From: a virus
Lineage: Duplodnaviria; Caudoviricetes
IMG/VR virus record: IMGVR_UViG_3300025000_000103
Span: 1 to 62,005 of that record
Direction: 5' to 3' (one strand)
DNA: 62,005 bases
In this document: positions 18,901-28,527 of the stretch, in pieces
How the letters are laid out: each line of letters opens with the position of its first letter
Numbering within the stretch: position 1 is the stretch's first letter
The notes under the pieces: model-generated
What the model was told of the DNA's origin: nothing
Databases searched by the model: none
The model's input: the letters and a program-made list of their open reading frames with translations, nothing else
Translations under genes and position numbers: made by a program

Positions 18901-21900
18901 GTCTACCTTTTCAGAAACCATTACCCCATTTTTATCAGACAGATTCATCCCGTCTTTCCACATATTAAAGCTGAAAGGTTTGTTCAATTTCAAAAAAACA
19001 GGTATTACACTACCATTATTTTCTGCATAAAATGAAGCGTATTCTGCGCTTGGTGCGAAAAAAATACCGTGTTTAGCTATTGGGTTTCCTGTAATCGGCC
19101 CTGTTCCAGCTACTTTAAGCGAGAATGATTTTATATTATTTGAAGGAGTCCCATGATAAACCACCAAAGGATCGCCGTTCTCATCGATTACTTTACTGGA
19201 GTTTTTAGGATCGTTCTCCCAATCACCAAACCACTCCTTAAACGCAGGTGTCCGCGTTTGCACCCACTGCCGCTCGTTCAATTTAGTCGGCTCGCCGTTC
19301 GGTGCTTTCATCCATTCCGCTGTGCCCTTGTACTTCTTTACCACTGCATCATATTGCCGCTTGGCTTCTTCAACGGTTATGCCGTACTCTTTGGCAATCT
19401 GGCTGTAAACAGGAGCCACCGCGCCAACTTGTAAGGATTCCTTAACAGTTCCAACCTTCAGCCCAGACAACGCAACTTCCCGCAGAAACGCAGGAGTGAG
19501 GTTCTTAGGCATGACCCCAAAGGTATTGAATAAGGTGTACTTGACTTTGGCAATTAGCTTCTCTACCCACTTCTTGATGGTGTTCGGCGCGGATTCATAC
19601 CATTGAACCGCATAAGCTCCTATCTCATCGATGTAGCTATTTGAATCCTTGTCAACCTGCGCTGCTTCACGGGCCTTGGTAAACCACTCGGCAATCGCAC
19701 TTTTTGCACCGGCCATTTTCTCAAGGCCGCCAAGTTCATCAAGAATGGGCTTGACTTCGCCTTTTTCTACGGCTCTGTGGAAGGATTCATGGTAGGCCGT
19801 TGGGAGTTCTTCCCCTTTGGCGATTGATTCCGCGACAAGGTACATTGTGTCTGTGTTTGGATAATAGGCACCGGCGATCTGTCTGTTTTGTTTTGAGTAT
19901 CTTGCCTTTATTGAAACATCTTCGTCACTAAATATTACGTAGTTGTATGCGCCTTCGCCTTTTGCGCGGCTTGTACCATCCAGGTATTTAATGCCACGGA
20001 TTCCTAGAGAGTGAAGAATATTGCTTGTTTCTTCAGGAGTGTATTTATTCGACAAAAATCTATAAAATTCACCTCCAGTCATATAAGACTTACTGTCCAA
20101 TACTTTTTTAAAAAAATCAGTCCTCGCTAACTCTGTTTCTCCATTTTCAAATATGATTTTGTTTCCTGAATTAACTCTTTTATAAATGTTGCTTTGCTCA
20201 TCTTTTATTTTTGCTTTAGTTCTATCAAGCAAAACGCTCTGCTCAGAAAGCGGCTTATCCCAAAGCAAAAATTCATCTTCTGCTGGAGCTAGTTCTACTT
20301 CGTAGAGTGCGCCTGATTTATCAGGGTATTCAAAAGAAATATCACCATTTTTTAAAAGCCTATATATTTCTTTTTCAACTTTCTTTTCCGAAAAATTCCA
20401 ATAATCAGTATCAAAACTATGGTCTCCAGTCTTAATACTTGAAATAGCGTCGCTAATTGATTCAAAATTGCTTACAAAAAACAAGGCTAAGTCCGTTAAT
20501 TCATTATCTGTGACAGACTGTCCTTCGTAATCATCAAAAAATAATTCTTCCCCTTTATATTTAAAAACAACATCTTGCGCCTGTAAATTTTCTTTATACC
20601 ACTCGGCAATTTCTTTTTTGCTGGCGAAATACAACCCATACCCGTAAGCCTGCGCCCCTTCTCCACTGCCTATATTTTCGGTGCTGAACTTATCGAACTT
20701 GTGCGGGCTACCATGCCATGCCGTCATATAAAGCGGCTTGCTACCACGAGGAAGCTCCTCAACGCTTTCCACAATCTTCAGCTTGCCAGCCTCAATCATC
20801 CGCCGTGCGTTGGCGTTCTTGGAGACTGCGGCTTTTACTGCGTCTACTGTTTGGCCGGTGGTGGTTGAGCGGGAGTAAAGAGCCGTTCCTTTGTCTGTCT
20901 CTTTTGTTTTTATGGTGGAAAATAAATTATCAAACGCTTCACTTACAGGGGCTATTTCATCAACCAGCAAATATGGATAACGTTTTTGATCCATTGCCCA
21001 TGCTTCAATAGGAACAACGTTGGCTAAAAAATCATTATGGTATCCATCTAATTGCATTTTTGTGATAACATAATTTTCAAATGAACGCGCAGCTCTTTCT
21101 ATTACCCTTCCCCAATAGTTATCAGATTTTCCTTTACCGATAAGATCGGCACGCTTTTTCATTGGAGATTCATCAAGCGCTTTAACCAAATCAGAGAATG
21201 CTTCCTCAACTTCTGGCCTTATGCCCGTGACAATATCCCAATCGTTAATATTTATTCTGCCATTTTTTTGTATTTCTTTAGTGCGTTGCGCTGAAAGAGT
21301 GTGCCCAGTTACTTTGTGCCTATACCGTGTCTCTGGTTGATATGTGACATAGGATGTTTCTCGTTTAACGCCAGTTGGCCCCCTTTCGCGTTGAAAATAA
21401 TTATCAAGAGCATGAAACCATTCATGGGCTAAACTGCCAGCTCCAGACGGTTTTGTTAAATTTATCACTAACGTCCCTGGCTCGTAATGTGCTGCTGCTG
21501 CCCCATGGCCGCGAGATCCAAGCCCAAGCCCAAGAGAACCGTTTAGTGAAATAGCTTTTGTAGGTATGTTAATGATGTTTGCAAGATCGTATAATGCATC
21601 ATACGCCAAATTCAACATTCCTTGCCTATCTTTGCTGCCCTTCCCTTGCTTTAGCCATAGGCCAAATTCCACACCGCGAAATCCGAATGTATCTTGAAAC
21701 ATCTCCGCCGTCACATCTTTCCCCATGCGGTGGTCGTTCCCCTTCCTTGGCCTGTTTTCTTTCCCGCGCACATCAGATTTTTTAATGTTCTGCGTAGCTT
21801 TTATATTTTCCCATTCAGCCACAAGATCATTGTAATTATCCCTGCGGTAATTATATGCTTCTTCCTTGGTGTCGAACTCTTTTAATTTTCTTTTAAGAGG

Positions 21901-24900
21901 ATCGCCCTCTTTGTTAAAAAAGAACTTACCAGTAGATATATTTTTTCTGAGTTCAAATTTTATATTTTTTGTTTCTCGTTCTCCTTGCAGTCTCTCCTTT
22001 GCTTTTGCGATTGCGTCATCAAGGCTAATTCCTCTGGCATACGACCCATCTACTTTAACCAACGCTGAAGGTGCACTTTTCTTTTGATTATTTTCGTCAT
22101 AAATGAATGCGTTTGGATAATCAAAAACTTCGCCGATTCTGCCCCATTCCTTGCGGTCTATTTCTGTAAGAACTTTAATTTTATTAACTATATTTTTAAG
22201 TGACTGCTTGCTCCCCATCTTGTCTATTAGTGCATCATTGCCTATGCGGTCATAGTGACGCATAATACCGCGCAATGATTTGACAGTATCTACCCATCTT
22301 TGTACTTTATATTTTTGGCGCGGTTTATTGGGTATTTCCTCACGAATAGCAAAAGCGACAGCAGCTTTATTTACATCTTCTATTTCTTCTATTTCTTCTT
22401 TAGGCCATATTTTGCTTAAAGGAAGAGAGGAAATATCATCATCGGATAATTCTCTGTTAAAAGACTTCGCAAGATCTTTACGAGCGCCACCAAGTTTTTC
22501 TCCGAAATCATCTATCTTTTCTTTATCATTAGTTAGTGGCTCTTGCTTTCCCTTAACCTCTGCGCTTTCTTTCTTAACTCTTTGAGTTTTTTCTTCAACC
22601 GCCTGCGCTGTCTTTGCTTCTCTAGCGGTATCCACTCTATCTTTATTGCGTTGAATAGTATCATCTTTGCCCTCAGATGTTTTAGAAGCTTGCCGCACGG
22701 CAGGGGCGATCAACTCCCCGCCGCTTTCCTGGGTGGCCTTGCTTGCAGAGGGCTGGGCGGCTTTGTTTTGTTGTTTTATTTTTTGCAAATTTATTGGGTG
22801 TATTCCCCTATTTTTTGCAATAGCATTATAAATTTTTTCAGTCTTTCTTAATGCTTCTTTGTTCCATGCTACCGTTTTTAGATCATCGTTAAATGCTCTG
22901 CCTTCAAGTATAGGGTTTGATCCTGAACCTCCCCATCTAAATTCGGCAAATTCTAATGGACTTCCAGAAGAATCCTTTTTAGCAAAATGAGAATACAAAT
23001 CTGCCAAATGATACGGAATTTGTTTTCCAATGTCCTTAAGTGTTTCAGAAGTTAAAGATACGCTTAAATCAGTGTCCTTATGAATACCTATTTTTTTAAG
23101 GGCGCTAATTGCTTCAGTTTTATCAATACCTGTATCTTTTACGATTGTGTCAAAAAAATAAGTTAAATCTTTTTTGTCAATTTTATCTCTAACCGCATAT
23201 AGCTCTTCTAATTTATTGATATCGCTATCTGTTACTGGTGTTTTGACCTTGAGATTATCAGGAAGATTTTTATTTGTTTGCGCGTTAATCACTTCTTCGA
23301 AAGTAAATTTTTTCAATAATCTGTCCATTTCATCGTCAATATCTTTTTGAGCAGATTCTGATGTTTTTACTTTTTCTTTCTGCAAAGGCACAGCCTTGGC
23401 CCTCTCCAGTTCATCCATGACGGCCTGCTCTGTTACCTGACCGTCTGCATCAACAAGTTTCTGCGCGTTGTCAAAGGCTTCCTGTTTCAGCTTGGCGGCC
23501 ACGTCTGGCTTACCTTTGTTCTCGAACGCTTTGGCAACGTCAAGCTTCTGGCCTACAGAATCAGTGACCACCTGTTTTATTTTTTGCTCTTCGGTAAGCT
23601 CTCGGCCTGATACTGTGGATATCGACCATGGCTTGCCTACTGCGGCAGCTAGTTTCTTGGATGTGGACGGCGGCGCTGGCTCGTATCCGGCTATCTCATT
23701 ATCAATCTTAGCATTGGTTGCTTTTGAATTGATTGCCTGCGGTGATTCATACGCCCATCCAAGATTGGGCTGATTACGTTTGCTTGTGTATTCTTGGGCG
23801 GCCTGTTGCTGCTGGCTCCATTCCGGTTCCATGCGCCGTGCTGCCGTGCGTTCTGCATCTTGCTGCTGTACATCTTGCTGAGTGCCGATAATATCAGCCA
23901 TGAGGTCAGGAGGCGGTTGCCTGCGTGCCTCTTGCTCGAACTGTGCTGCTTCTTCGTCTGAGATTACAGGAGAAGGCGTTACGGCTTCTTGAGGCTGGTC
24001 ACGGTAAATTTGTACAGGTTCGACATTATGGGATACAATGAGGTCTTGCCCTATCTCGCCAAGTTTCTTGTAAACCTTTGGTTCTGTTCCCCTCATTAAT
24101 CCAAGAGCCGAAGCACCACCACCCATGCCTGCTTGCATTGCCACGACTTGAGGGGCAACTTCTTTGTATGAAGTTCCCCAATCTTCCAAGCTTGTCATTG
24201 ACCGCGGCGCTTCATTACGCAAACCCATTTCAACCTCTGCGGGCTGCTGGATTTGTGTTGTGGTTGTTTCGCCAGCCAGTTCAACGCCAAGCGACTTAAT
24301 ACCTTCAAATGCCTTGCTTGCGATGGTCTTGAGTAATCCTTGCCCGGCAGGTGTTTTCCCGATCATCTTTGATAAGAAGCCAATCTCAAAAGCGTTCCCT
24401 ATCGCTTCAGGCAAAACCTCACCGGCAACATGACGTTTTATGCTTGAATCAAAATCAGCAAGAAGAGCAGCTGCTTCCTCTTCGGTAAGCCTTGCCCCTT
24501 TCTGTTGTTCAAATGCGTCAATTAATTGACGTTCTATGGTGTTTTTTGCGACTGGGGTTAATGCAAGTGAGCTACCGGCAATTGCACCGGCAGCAGCTCC
24601 ACCGGGCACAGGAGTTGCCAAGCCTGCGGCGCGTCCGGCTAAACCGCCTATCAATCCTACCCCTGAAAATGGGGCGCTCTTTGTGGCCTCTATCACATCT
24701 TGTTGGGTCATCCCTTCAGGGAGAATAAAAGGGACAGGCGGAAACGCCGTTCTACGGTCTTCCCCCGTTTGATCGGCAGTTTCGGCGTAGTGTTGTTTTT
24801 CCCGCTCAATTAACCAGTCAGCGAGATTTTCTTTTGAGCGCGGGTTTTCGTCAAAGGTTTCTTCATATGCTCTGGCAGCCATGGCAGGGAGCCCATATAC

Positions 24901-25137
24901 TGCCGCATTCTTAATCCCTTTACCGATAGTTTTTACAGTGGTAGGTATGTTTCTGGTTGCTTCTTTGGCCTGCTCAGTCCACGACTTTGCTGCCGGAACC
25001 ATGGCGTCAAGCTGTTGATCAAGCAAAGAATTAACATCAGGATCTGATAAGTCAAACCCGTTCTCTTTGGCAAAAACGTTTTTATATGCCTGCCTTACAT
25101 CAGGATCAGAAAAATCAAACTGTGATTGAATTGCCAT
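15940..25137 (-). CDS. Giant polyvalent (likely injected) protein: LPD-type, zincin-like and two ART-like domains
   Basis: 3065 aa; IDDFGEKLGGARKD, FRGVEFG..AAHYEP..SLAHEWFHALD, AWHGSPHKFDKF..GLYFA, AYHESFH, VYHGT..GIFFA, C-terminal KIPLPWGY. Confidence 0.85.
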   Translation of the reverse strand: MAIQSQFDFSDPDVRQAYKNVFAKENGFDLSDPDVNSLLDQQLDAMVPAAKSWTEQAKEATRNIPTTVKTIGKGIKNAAVYGLPAMAARAYEETFDENPRSKENLADWLIEREKQHYAETADQTGEDRRTAFPPVPFILPEGMTQQDVIEATKSAPFSGVGLIGGLAGRAAGLATPVPGGAAAGAIAGSSLALTPVAKNTIERQLIDAFEQQKGARLTEEEAAALLADFDSSIKRHVAGEVLPEAIGNAFEIGFLSKMIGKTPAGQGLLKTIASKAFEGIKSLGVELAGETTTTQIQQPAEVEMGLRNEAPRSMTSLEDWGTSYKEVAPQVVAMQAGMGGGASALGLMRGTEPKVYKKLGEIGQDLIVSHNVEPVQIYRDQPQEAVTPSPVISDEEAAQFEQEARRQPPPDLMADIIGTQQDVQQQDAERTAARRMEPEWSQQQQAAQEYTSKRNQPNLGWAYESPQAINSKATNAKIDNEIAGYEPAPPSTSKKLAAAVGKPWSISTVSGRELTEEQKIKQVVTDSVGQKLDVAKAFENKGKPDVAAKLKQEAFDNAQKLVDADGQVTEQAVMDELERAKAVPLQKEKVKTSESAQKDIDDEMDRLLKKFTFEEVINAQTNKNLPDNLKVKTPVTDSDINKLEELYAVRDKIDKKDLTYFFDTIVKDTGIDKTEAISALKKIGIHKDTDLSVSLTSETLKDIGKQIPYHLADLYSHFAKKDSSGSPLEFAEFRWGGSGSNPILEGRAFNDDLKTVAWNKEALRKTEKIYNAIAKNRGIHPINLQKIKQQNKAAQPSASKATQESGGELIAPAVRQASKTSEGKDDTIQRNKDRVDTAREAKTAQAVEEKTQRVKKESAEVKGKQEPLTNDKEKIDDFGEKLGGARKDLAKSFNRELSDDDISSLPLSKIWPKEEIEEIEDVNKAAVAFAIREEIPNKPRQKYKVQRWVDTVKSLRGIMRHYDRIGNDALIDKMGSKQSLKNIVNKIKVLTEIDRKEWGRIGEVFDYPNAFIYDENNQKKSAPSALVKVDGSYARGISLDDAIAKAKERLQGERETKNIKFELRKNISTGKFFFNKEGDPLKRKLKEFDTKEEAYNYRRDNYNDLVAEWENIKATQNIKKSDVRGKENRPRKGNDHRMGKDVTAEMFQDTFGFRGVEFGLWLKQGKGSKDRQGMLNLAYDALYDLANIINIPTKAISLNGSLGLGLGSRGHGAAAAHYEPGTLVINLTKPSGAGSLAHEWFHALDNYFQRERGPTGVKRETSYVTYQPETRYRHKVTGHTLSAQRTKEIQKNGRININDWDIVTGIRPEVEEAFSDLVKALDESPMKKRADLIGKGKSDNYWGRVIERAARSFENYVITKMQLDGYHNDFLANVVPIEAWAMDQKRYPYLLVDEIAPVSEAFDNLFSTIKTKETDKGTALYSRSTTTGQTVDAVKAAVSKNANARRMIEAGKLKIVESVEELPRGSKPLYMTAWHGSPHKFDKFSTENIGSGEGAQAYGYGLYFASKKEIAEWYKENLQAQDVVFKYKGEELFFDDYEGQSVTDNELTDLALFFVSNFESISDAISSIKTGDHSFDTDYWNFSEKKVEKEIYRLLKNGDISFEYPDKSGALYEVELAPAEDEFLLWDKPLSEQSVLLDRTKAKIKDEQSNIYKRVNSGNKIIFENGETELARTDFFKKVLDSKSYMTGGEFYRFLSNKYTPEETSNILHSLGIRGIKYLDGTSRAKGEGAYNYVIFSDEDVSIKARYSKQNRQIAGAYYPNTDTMYLVAESIAKGEELPTAYHESFHRAVEKGEVKPILDELGGLEKMAGAKSAIAEWFTKAREAAQVDKDSNSYIDEIGAYAVQWYESAPNTIKKWVEKLIAKVKYTLFNTFGVMPKNLTPAFLREVALSGLKVGTVKESLQVGAVAPVYSQIAKEYGITVEEAKRQYDAVVKKYKGTAEWMKAPNGEPTKLNERQWVQTRTPAFKEWFGDWENDPKNSSKVIDENGDPLVVYHGTPSNNIKSFSLKVAGTGPITGNPIAKHGIFFAPSAEYASFYAENNGSVIPVFLKLNKPFSFNMWKDGMNLSDKNGVMVSEKVDPFIEKIKNKHNDGIVLGDKGFPKEYMVFSPKQIKSAISNTGQFGQTDDIRYSQKQIQETTTPSSYPLFSRVDINQQMEEQTNDLWEVPDKSTKWESLQWYLQDKLDPLKRVQEKIGPVPEEMDALLKAKLQIAKSKAAIDDFEQLHVDPLLKDIKKSGLKLEDVENYVYAKHVHLDKVNERLSQINAKRYLNDLVNLKEGREARKLKQKIEDLEFEYDFDSPDRKKAYVSLLENSFDESKEGEERLQSRWKSFSEKPSGMTNKEASEIYAGKTPDLERISERISAINEFRVNTLLNAGIISAEEAKAWRGAYKHYVPLKREGFPEKRLPVGRGISDLSKGSKVRMGSTRRAENIIANSIAAAEQSIIRDKKAETMRALVSLIKAYPNPDFWAVEKSKKSPGYDSHGNIRMYTTQEDGDNIIQARINGERYVIRFQEDSVPGIRIAQALKNDMHQHGPIVNALSIVTRLLAQVNTSWSPEFPISNFARDIQTAAYNISDTDADKLKKQIIIDVRKSMPGIWKAIGGDTTSEWSKWFKDFQKHGGQVSWLSDYASVEKTAKNIAAEIKSGTDVNFMARQKLKGLGELVSKANNSIENAVRLSFYKNAVESRLMTRERAALAAKELTTNFETKGSAGQTINALYMFANAGVQGSTRIIRAIKRSKKVRIMVGSTIFAGMAMDVFSRAMGGDDDDGQAFYDKVPQYIKERNIVIMKSNGGYIKIPLPWGYNLFWNIGAELGRSFTEEKFKPTESAARIAITAINAFNPIQAATFAQTLAPTIADPFVQIIENKSWSGTPLKPENSPFDKVPKPEYQMYWRSARPTSKYIAKALNDLTGGNEIKPGFVNWSPEWIDNMYDTVTGSLGRFVADSVGVPYKIATGQEVEIKEIPFARKIIGSKSEAIDQSLYHERVKEILLDKKMFKEKPEMREEIKNKYKNTLLLIFVTDKSEKRLRELRKLKKSSGKNDKVDKYMDKVYDNFNRSYNKSTR

Positions 25138-25147
25138 TCCTTGTTTC

Positions 25148-25348
25148 CTATGCTTGCTGGCGCTTTTTTATCGGTATATAATTATTTTCGTATTCTTCTA
25201 GTTGTCTTTTTGCTATTATAGCAGTCTTTTTTTCTTCTTTTGTGCTAAAAAATATATGGTATTTACTTTTTAACACATATTCCTTTAGTGATAAAAATAT
25301 CAGAATAGAAAAACACGCAGCATAAAGAATGATCACAACTTTTTCCAT
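25148..25348 (-). CDS. Small AT-rich single-TM protein (moron-like)
   Basis: AGGAG RBS, N-terminal TM, own promoter-like sequence. Confidence 0.65.
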   Translation of the reverse strand: MEKVVIILYAACFSILIFLSLKEYVLKSKYHIFFSTKEEKKTAIIAKRQLEEYENNYIPIKKRQQA

Positions 25349-25386
25349 AATGGCTCTCCTGTTATTTTATATGTCTTTCCCCCAAC

Positions 25387-25415
25387 ATATTACCATTATA
25401 GCTTAGTATTGGCAA
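25387..25415 (-). promoter_or_regulatory. Sigma70-like promoter for the 25148-25348 gene
   Basis: Minus strand TTGCCA-N17-TAATAT. Confidence 0.55.
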
Positions 25416-25422
25416 GGTGCGT

Positions 25423-27141
25423 TTACTGGCTCCCTTCTTGATATCCGGCCTTTATTTCCCTTATTGCGTCAGCAAGTTGTTTGACTGTCCACCGCTGAGT
25501 AGTCATCCCTCTTATCAAATTCTGTTTAACTGTGTTTGGCAAGTCTTTTATCCCTTCAACCATTGCCGGTGTTGCAAGTTCAGCCCCAGCTGATAACCCT
25601 TGCGCTACAGATCTAAGGCCCATAGAATCAGATTGAGGCCCACCAGGCCCCGCGAGAGTTCTCCCCAAAGATCGCATTACACCGCCTGCTTGTTGCGGTG
25701 CTGCTTGAGTTCCTGTTGACACTTCAGAACTTACTTTTGGTACTCCAGAATTTCCTCTCGCTGCTTTTACCCTGGCTAATTCTTCAGCAAATTTTTTAGG
25801 ATCGATCCCCATTCCTGGATCATTAACCTGAGTATGCGCGGTGGCGGTGTCCATGCTTTGCTTTGGCTCTTTTGGGAAAACTCCCATCTCTTCGCCTATG
25901 TTAAGCCATAACTTTGCCATAGCCCTCTCTTTGGCTGTTGCTTTAGGATCAGCCGCAACCTCTTCAGCTGCGGCAACTATACTTTTTTTCGCTTCGCTCG
26001 GGAGGCTATCGAGATCATCACCAGAACTGGCAAGCAAGCTCAACAAGTCATCGCTTGAACTGGCTTTCGGCAAGAAAATATTAGGCAATTCTTTGAACAT
26101 TTTCTCAGCATCTTTCTTTTTAAAGACCTGCCCGGAGTCAGTTGTGATGTATCCTTTATTGCTTGCTGACAGCCCTTCAGTAGGAGAAAACTTCATTGTT
26201 CTTTTATCAAAAACTCCGGTGACATTACCGTCTGAATCTTTGATAACTTCGACATGCTTGCCTTGTTCCTGGATGCCAAGTTTTTTTAATTCAAATTTCT
26301 GTTTGGCTTCTTCGTCTGATTTTTTCTCCGATCTATCCCGTAGATGATCGTATTCTTTCTCCGACCTGTCACGCAGATGCTCATATTCTTTCACCAGCGA
26401 TTCACGTTTTGCTTTGTCTTTTTCCATAATAAACTGCAATGCGAATTGTGCGCCTGCCGTACCGCCTTTTTCAGCAATCAAAGATAATGCCGCAAGATTA
26501 CCTTCAGCAGCACCTTGGCCATAGCTGAGAAGCTTATCTATTGGGTATGATTCTACCGGGTCTTGTTCGCTACCGGGAGCACCAGAAACAGTCTTCCCCT
26601 TAGTCAGTGGTGCGACATATTCTTTTCCGTCAGGCCCGGTAAGTGTTGCTTCAAAAAACAACCCTTGCTTGTCTGGTGTTGGATAAACCGCTGACAAAGC
26701 ACCTGAAAGTTTATTCGCCGCAAACCTACGAGAAAGATCCCTTCCAGCAACATTGGGATTATTTAGGAAATCAAGCGCAAGTTTGCCATCAGGCAGTTTC
26801 CCGCTGTCAAGGTTTTCTTTCACCTGATGCCATTGGTTAACCGCTTTTGCTGCTGCCAATGGATCTTCGGCAAGTGTCACCATTTTCTCGGTCGCGGCAG
26901 GATTAGCGGCAACCTGCTGCCAAGACGGATCTTTAGCAGCCATAGATTTTATCAGCGCAAAAATTCCTTCTCTTAAGCCTGACTCTTCACTCTTCTTTTT
27001 TTCGTATTCTTCATCAGAGCGTTTATCGACAAGTTTTTGCCTTTCGTATAATTCGTCAAGCCTTTTATTCTGCCTATCCTGCTGCTGTATGCTATTGACA
27101 AAACCATATCCGCGCATCAAAGCGCCTGCCATGTCAGCCAT
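25423..27141 (-). CDS. Putative ejection (internal virion) protein
   Basis: Position just upstream of the giant protein; helical, with an Ala/Gly-rich N-terminus. Confidence 0.6.
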   Translation of the reverse strand: MADMAGALMRGYGFVNSIQQQDRQNKRLDELYERQKLVDKRSDEEYEKKKSEESGLREGIFALIKSMAAKDPSWQQVAANPAATEKMVTLAEDPLAAAKAVNQWHQVKENLDSGKLPDGKLALDFLNNPNVAGRDLSRRFAANKLSGALSAVYPTPDKQGLFFEATLTGPDGKEYVAPLTKGKTVSGAPGSEQDPVESYPIDKLLSYGQGAAEGNLAALSLIAEKGGTAGAQFALQFIMEKDKAKRESLVKEYEHLRDRSEKEYDHLRDRSEKKSDEEAKQKFELKKLGIQEQGKHVEVIKDSDGNVTGVFDKRTMKFSPTEGLSASNKGYITTDSGQVFKKKDAEKMFKELPNIFLPKASSSDDLLSLLASSGDDLDSLPSEAKKSIVAAAEEVAADPKATAKERAMAKLWLNIGEEMGVFPKEPKQSMDTATAHTQVNDPGMGIDPKKFAEELARVKAARGNSGVPKVSSEVSTGTQAAPQQAGGVMRSLGRTLAGPGGPQSDSMGLRSVAQGLSAGAELATPAMVEGIKDLPNTVKQNLIRGMTTQRWTVKQLADAIREIKAGYQEGSQ

Positions 27142-27152
27142 TATATTACTCC

Positions 27153-27422
27153 TTAAAAAAGACTACCGGCAAGAAAACCAACTGCAGCACCGATAACCAT
27201 CCCGTATGGACCGCCTACTGACCCTGCTTTCGCGCCTAAAGAAGCTCCAGCCATTGCTCCCATAGTCGCCCCGGTTATCTGGTTATTTCTTCTGTCAGCC
27301 TTATCTTGCATATCAAGTGCTTCTTCAGTTTGTTCTCTTTTTTGCTCAAGTTCGCTAAGTCTTCTCATGCCAGACAAAGCGTCTGTCTTCATACTGTTTC
27401 CCAGCCCGATTAACCCGCCCAT
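27153..27422 (-). CDS. Glycine-zipper small virion/ejection protein
   Basis: GATMGAMAGASLG..GGPYGMVIGAAVG. Confidence 0.6.
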   Translation of the reverse strand: MGGLIGLGNSMKTDALSGMRRLSELEQKREQTEEALDMQDKADRRNNQITGATMGAMAGASLGAKAGSVGGPYGMVIGAAVGFLAGSLF

Positions 27423-27433
27423 ATCATTACCCC

Positions 27434-27946
27434 TTATAGATCCTGTAGCCCGTCATTTGGCGCACCACCAACCAAAATCTGCCTGTTCCTATCCAAGGTA
27501 TCACTGCGGACATAATCTCTTGCGCTGGCAATATTAGCGGTGGTGGCAAGATTATTCAGTCTTCTATTTGTGACTTTCTGCGCCGCTGTTTCACCAAGTC
27601 CATATCCTGACAACCTTCTTCTTGTTTCAGATGCAGCAACTTTCCCTGATACTTTCGCAAGCCCTGAAGCAGCAGCAATATTTCTATTAAGTAGTTGTTC
27701 ATTGTTAACCATGCCAACCAATTCATTTTCTATGGGATAACCAAATTTCTTGTAATTATCCCATTGTTCACGGCTTACAGCAGCGTATCTTCCAGCGGCA
27801 GTAGCTGTGTTAAAAGCTGTAGAATATGACGGGTTTTTAACCTTATCGAATATGGCTTGTTTTGTTGATACCTCCGCTGTTGGTGTAGTGACAGGTTGCA
27901 CCGCTTCGTTTGTGCCGGGAAGAATATCATAAATAGCTGATACCAT
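27434..27946 (-). CDS. Putative internal virion protein
   Basis: GAGG RBS before MVSAIYD; REQWDNY..RRLSGYG motifs. Confidence 0.6.
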   Translation of the reverse strand: MVSAIYDILPGTNEAVQPVTTPTAEVSTKQAIFDKVKNPSYSTAFNTATAAGRYAAVSREQWDNYKKFGYPIENELVGMVNNEQLLNRNIAAASGLAKVSGKVAASETRRRLSGYGLGETAAQKVTNRRLNNLATTANIASARDYVRSDTLDRNRQILVGGAPNDGLQDL

Positions 27947-27947
27947 A

Positions 27948-28526
27948 TTAGTAGCCCTCTTTTTTCTTGTACCAGTCGGCACCTGCCGCTAATCCCATAC
28001 CGGCAGCAGTGCCTGCTGTTTCCAACGTTTCGTTTCTGTCTTGCTGGTCATATATTGCTTTGCTTGTGGCGTCTTGCACCTGTTCACCAGCTATATCGCT
28101 TATCCCGCGCATTGCCTCGCCAGCGTCGCCACGGGCCATATTCACGAGGTTCTGTAATCCGGCTACTTTCGTGTTGTCAACCTCGCCTTGACCTTTCACC
28201 ATCCCACCAGTGACAACCCCTGCTCTCTCTCTGCTTATGTCGCCTATTGCCAAACTGCTTGGCCCAACTCCCCGCAACGAGAGATTCTTTGCAGCCGCCT
28301 CTTGTCTATCACCGTACTGCTTAGTAAGCCCTGAACTTACAAGCCCGGCAACTGTGTTTTTTTCAGCTTGCCCTATCCCAGTAATGTCTCCAGCAAGATC
28401 ATTGAACAACGGCTGATGCACTTTCTTGAATCTGTTCCATTGCTCGTTTGTTATTTTAGAAAGCTCAATCTCATAAGCTGTCTCTTGCACTTTGTTACTG
28501 TCGCTTTTGTCGCTGCCGCATCCCAT
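27948..28526 (-). CDS. Putative ejection protein with MGCGS N-terminus
   Basis: MGCGSDK..VQET; Gly/Ala-rich C-terminus. Confidence 0.6.
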   Translation of the reverse strand: MGCGSDKSDSNKVQETAYEIELSKITNEQWNRFKKVHQPLFNDLAGDITGIGQAEKNTVAGLVSSGLTKQYGDRQEAAAKNLSLRGVGPSSLAIGDISRERAGVVTGGMVKGQGEVDNTKVAGLQNLVNMARGDAGEAMRGISDIAGEQVQDATSKAIYDQQDRNETLETAGTAAGMGLAAGADWYKKKEGY

Positions 28527-28527
28527 G

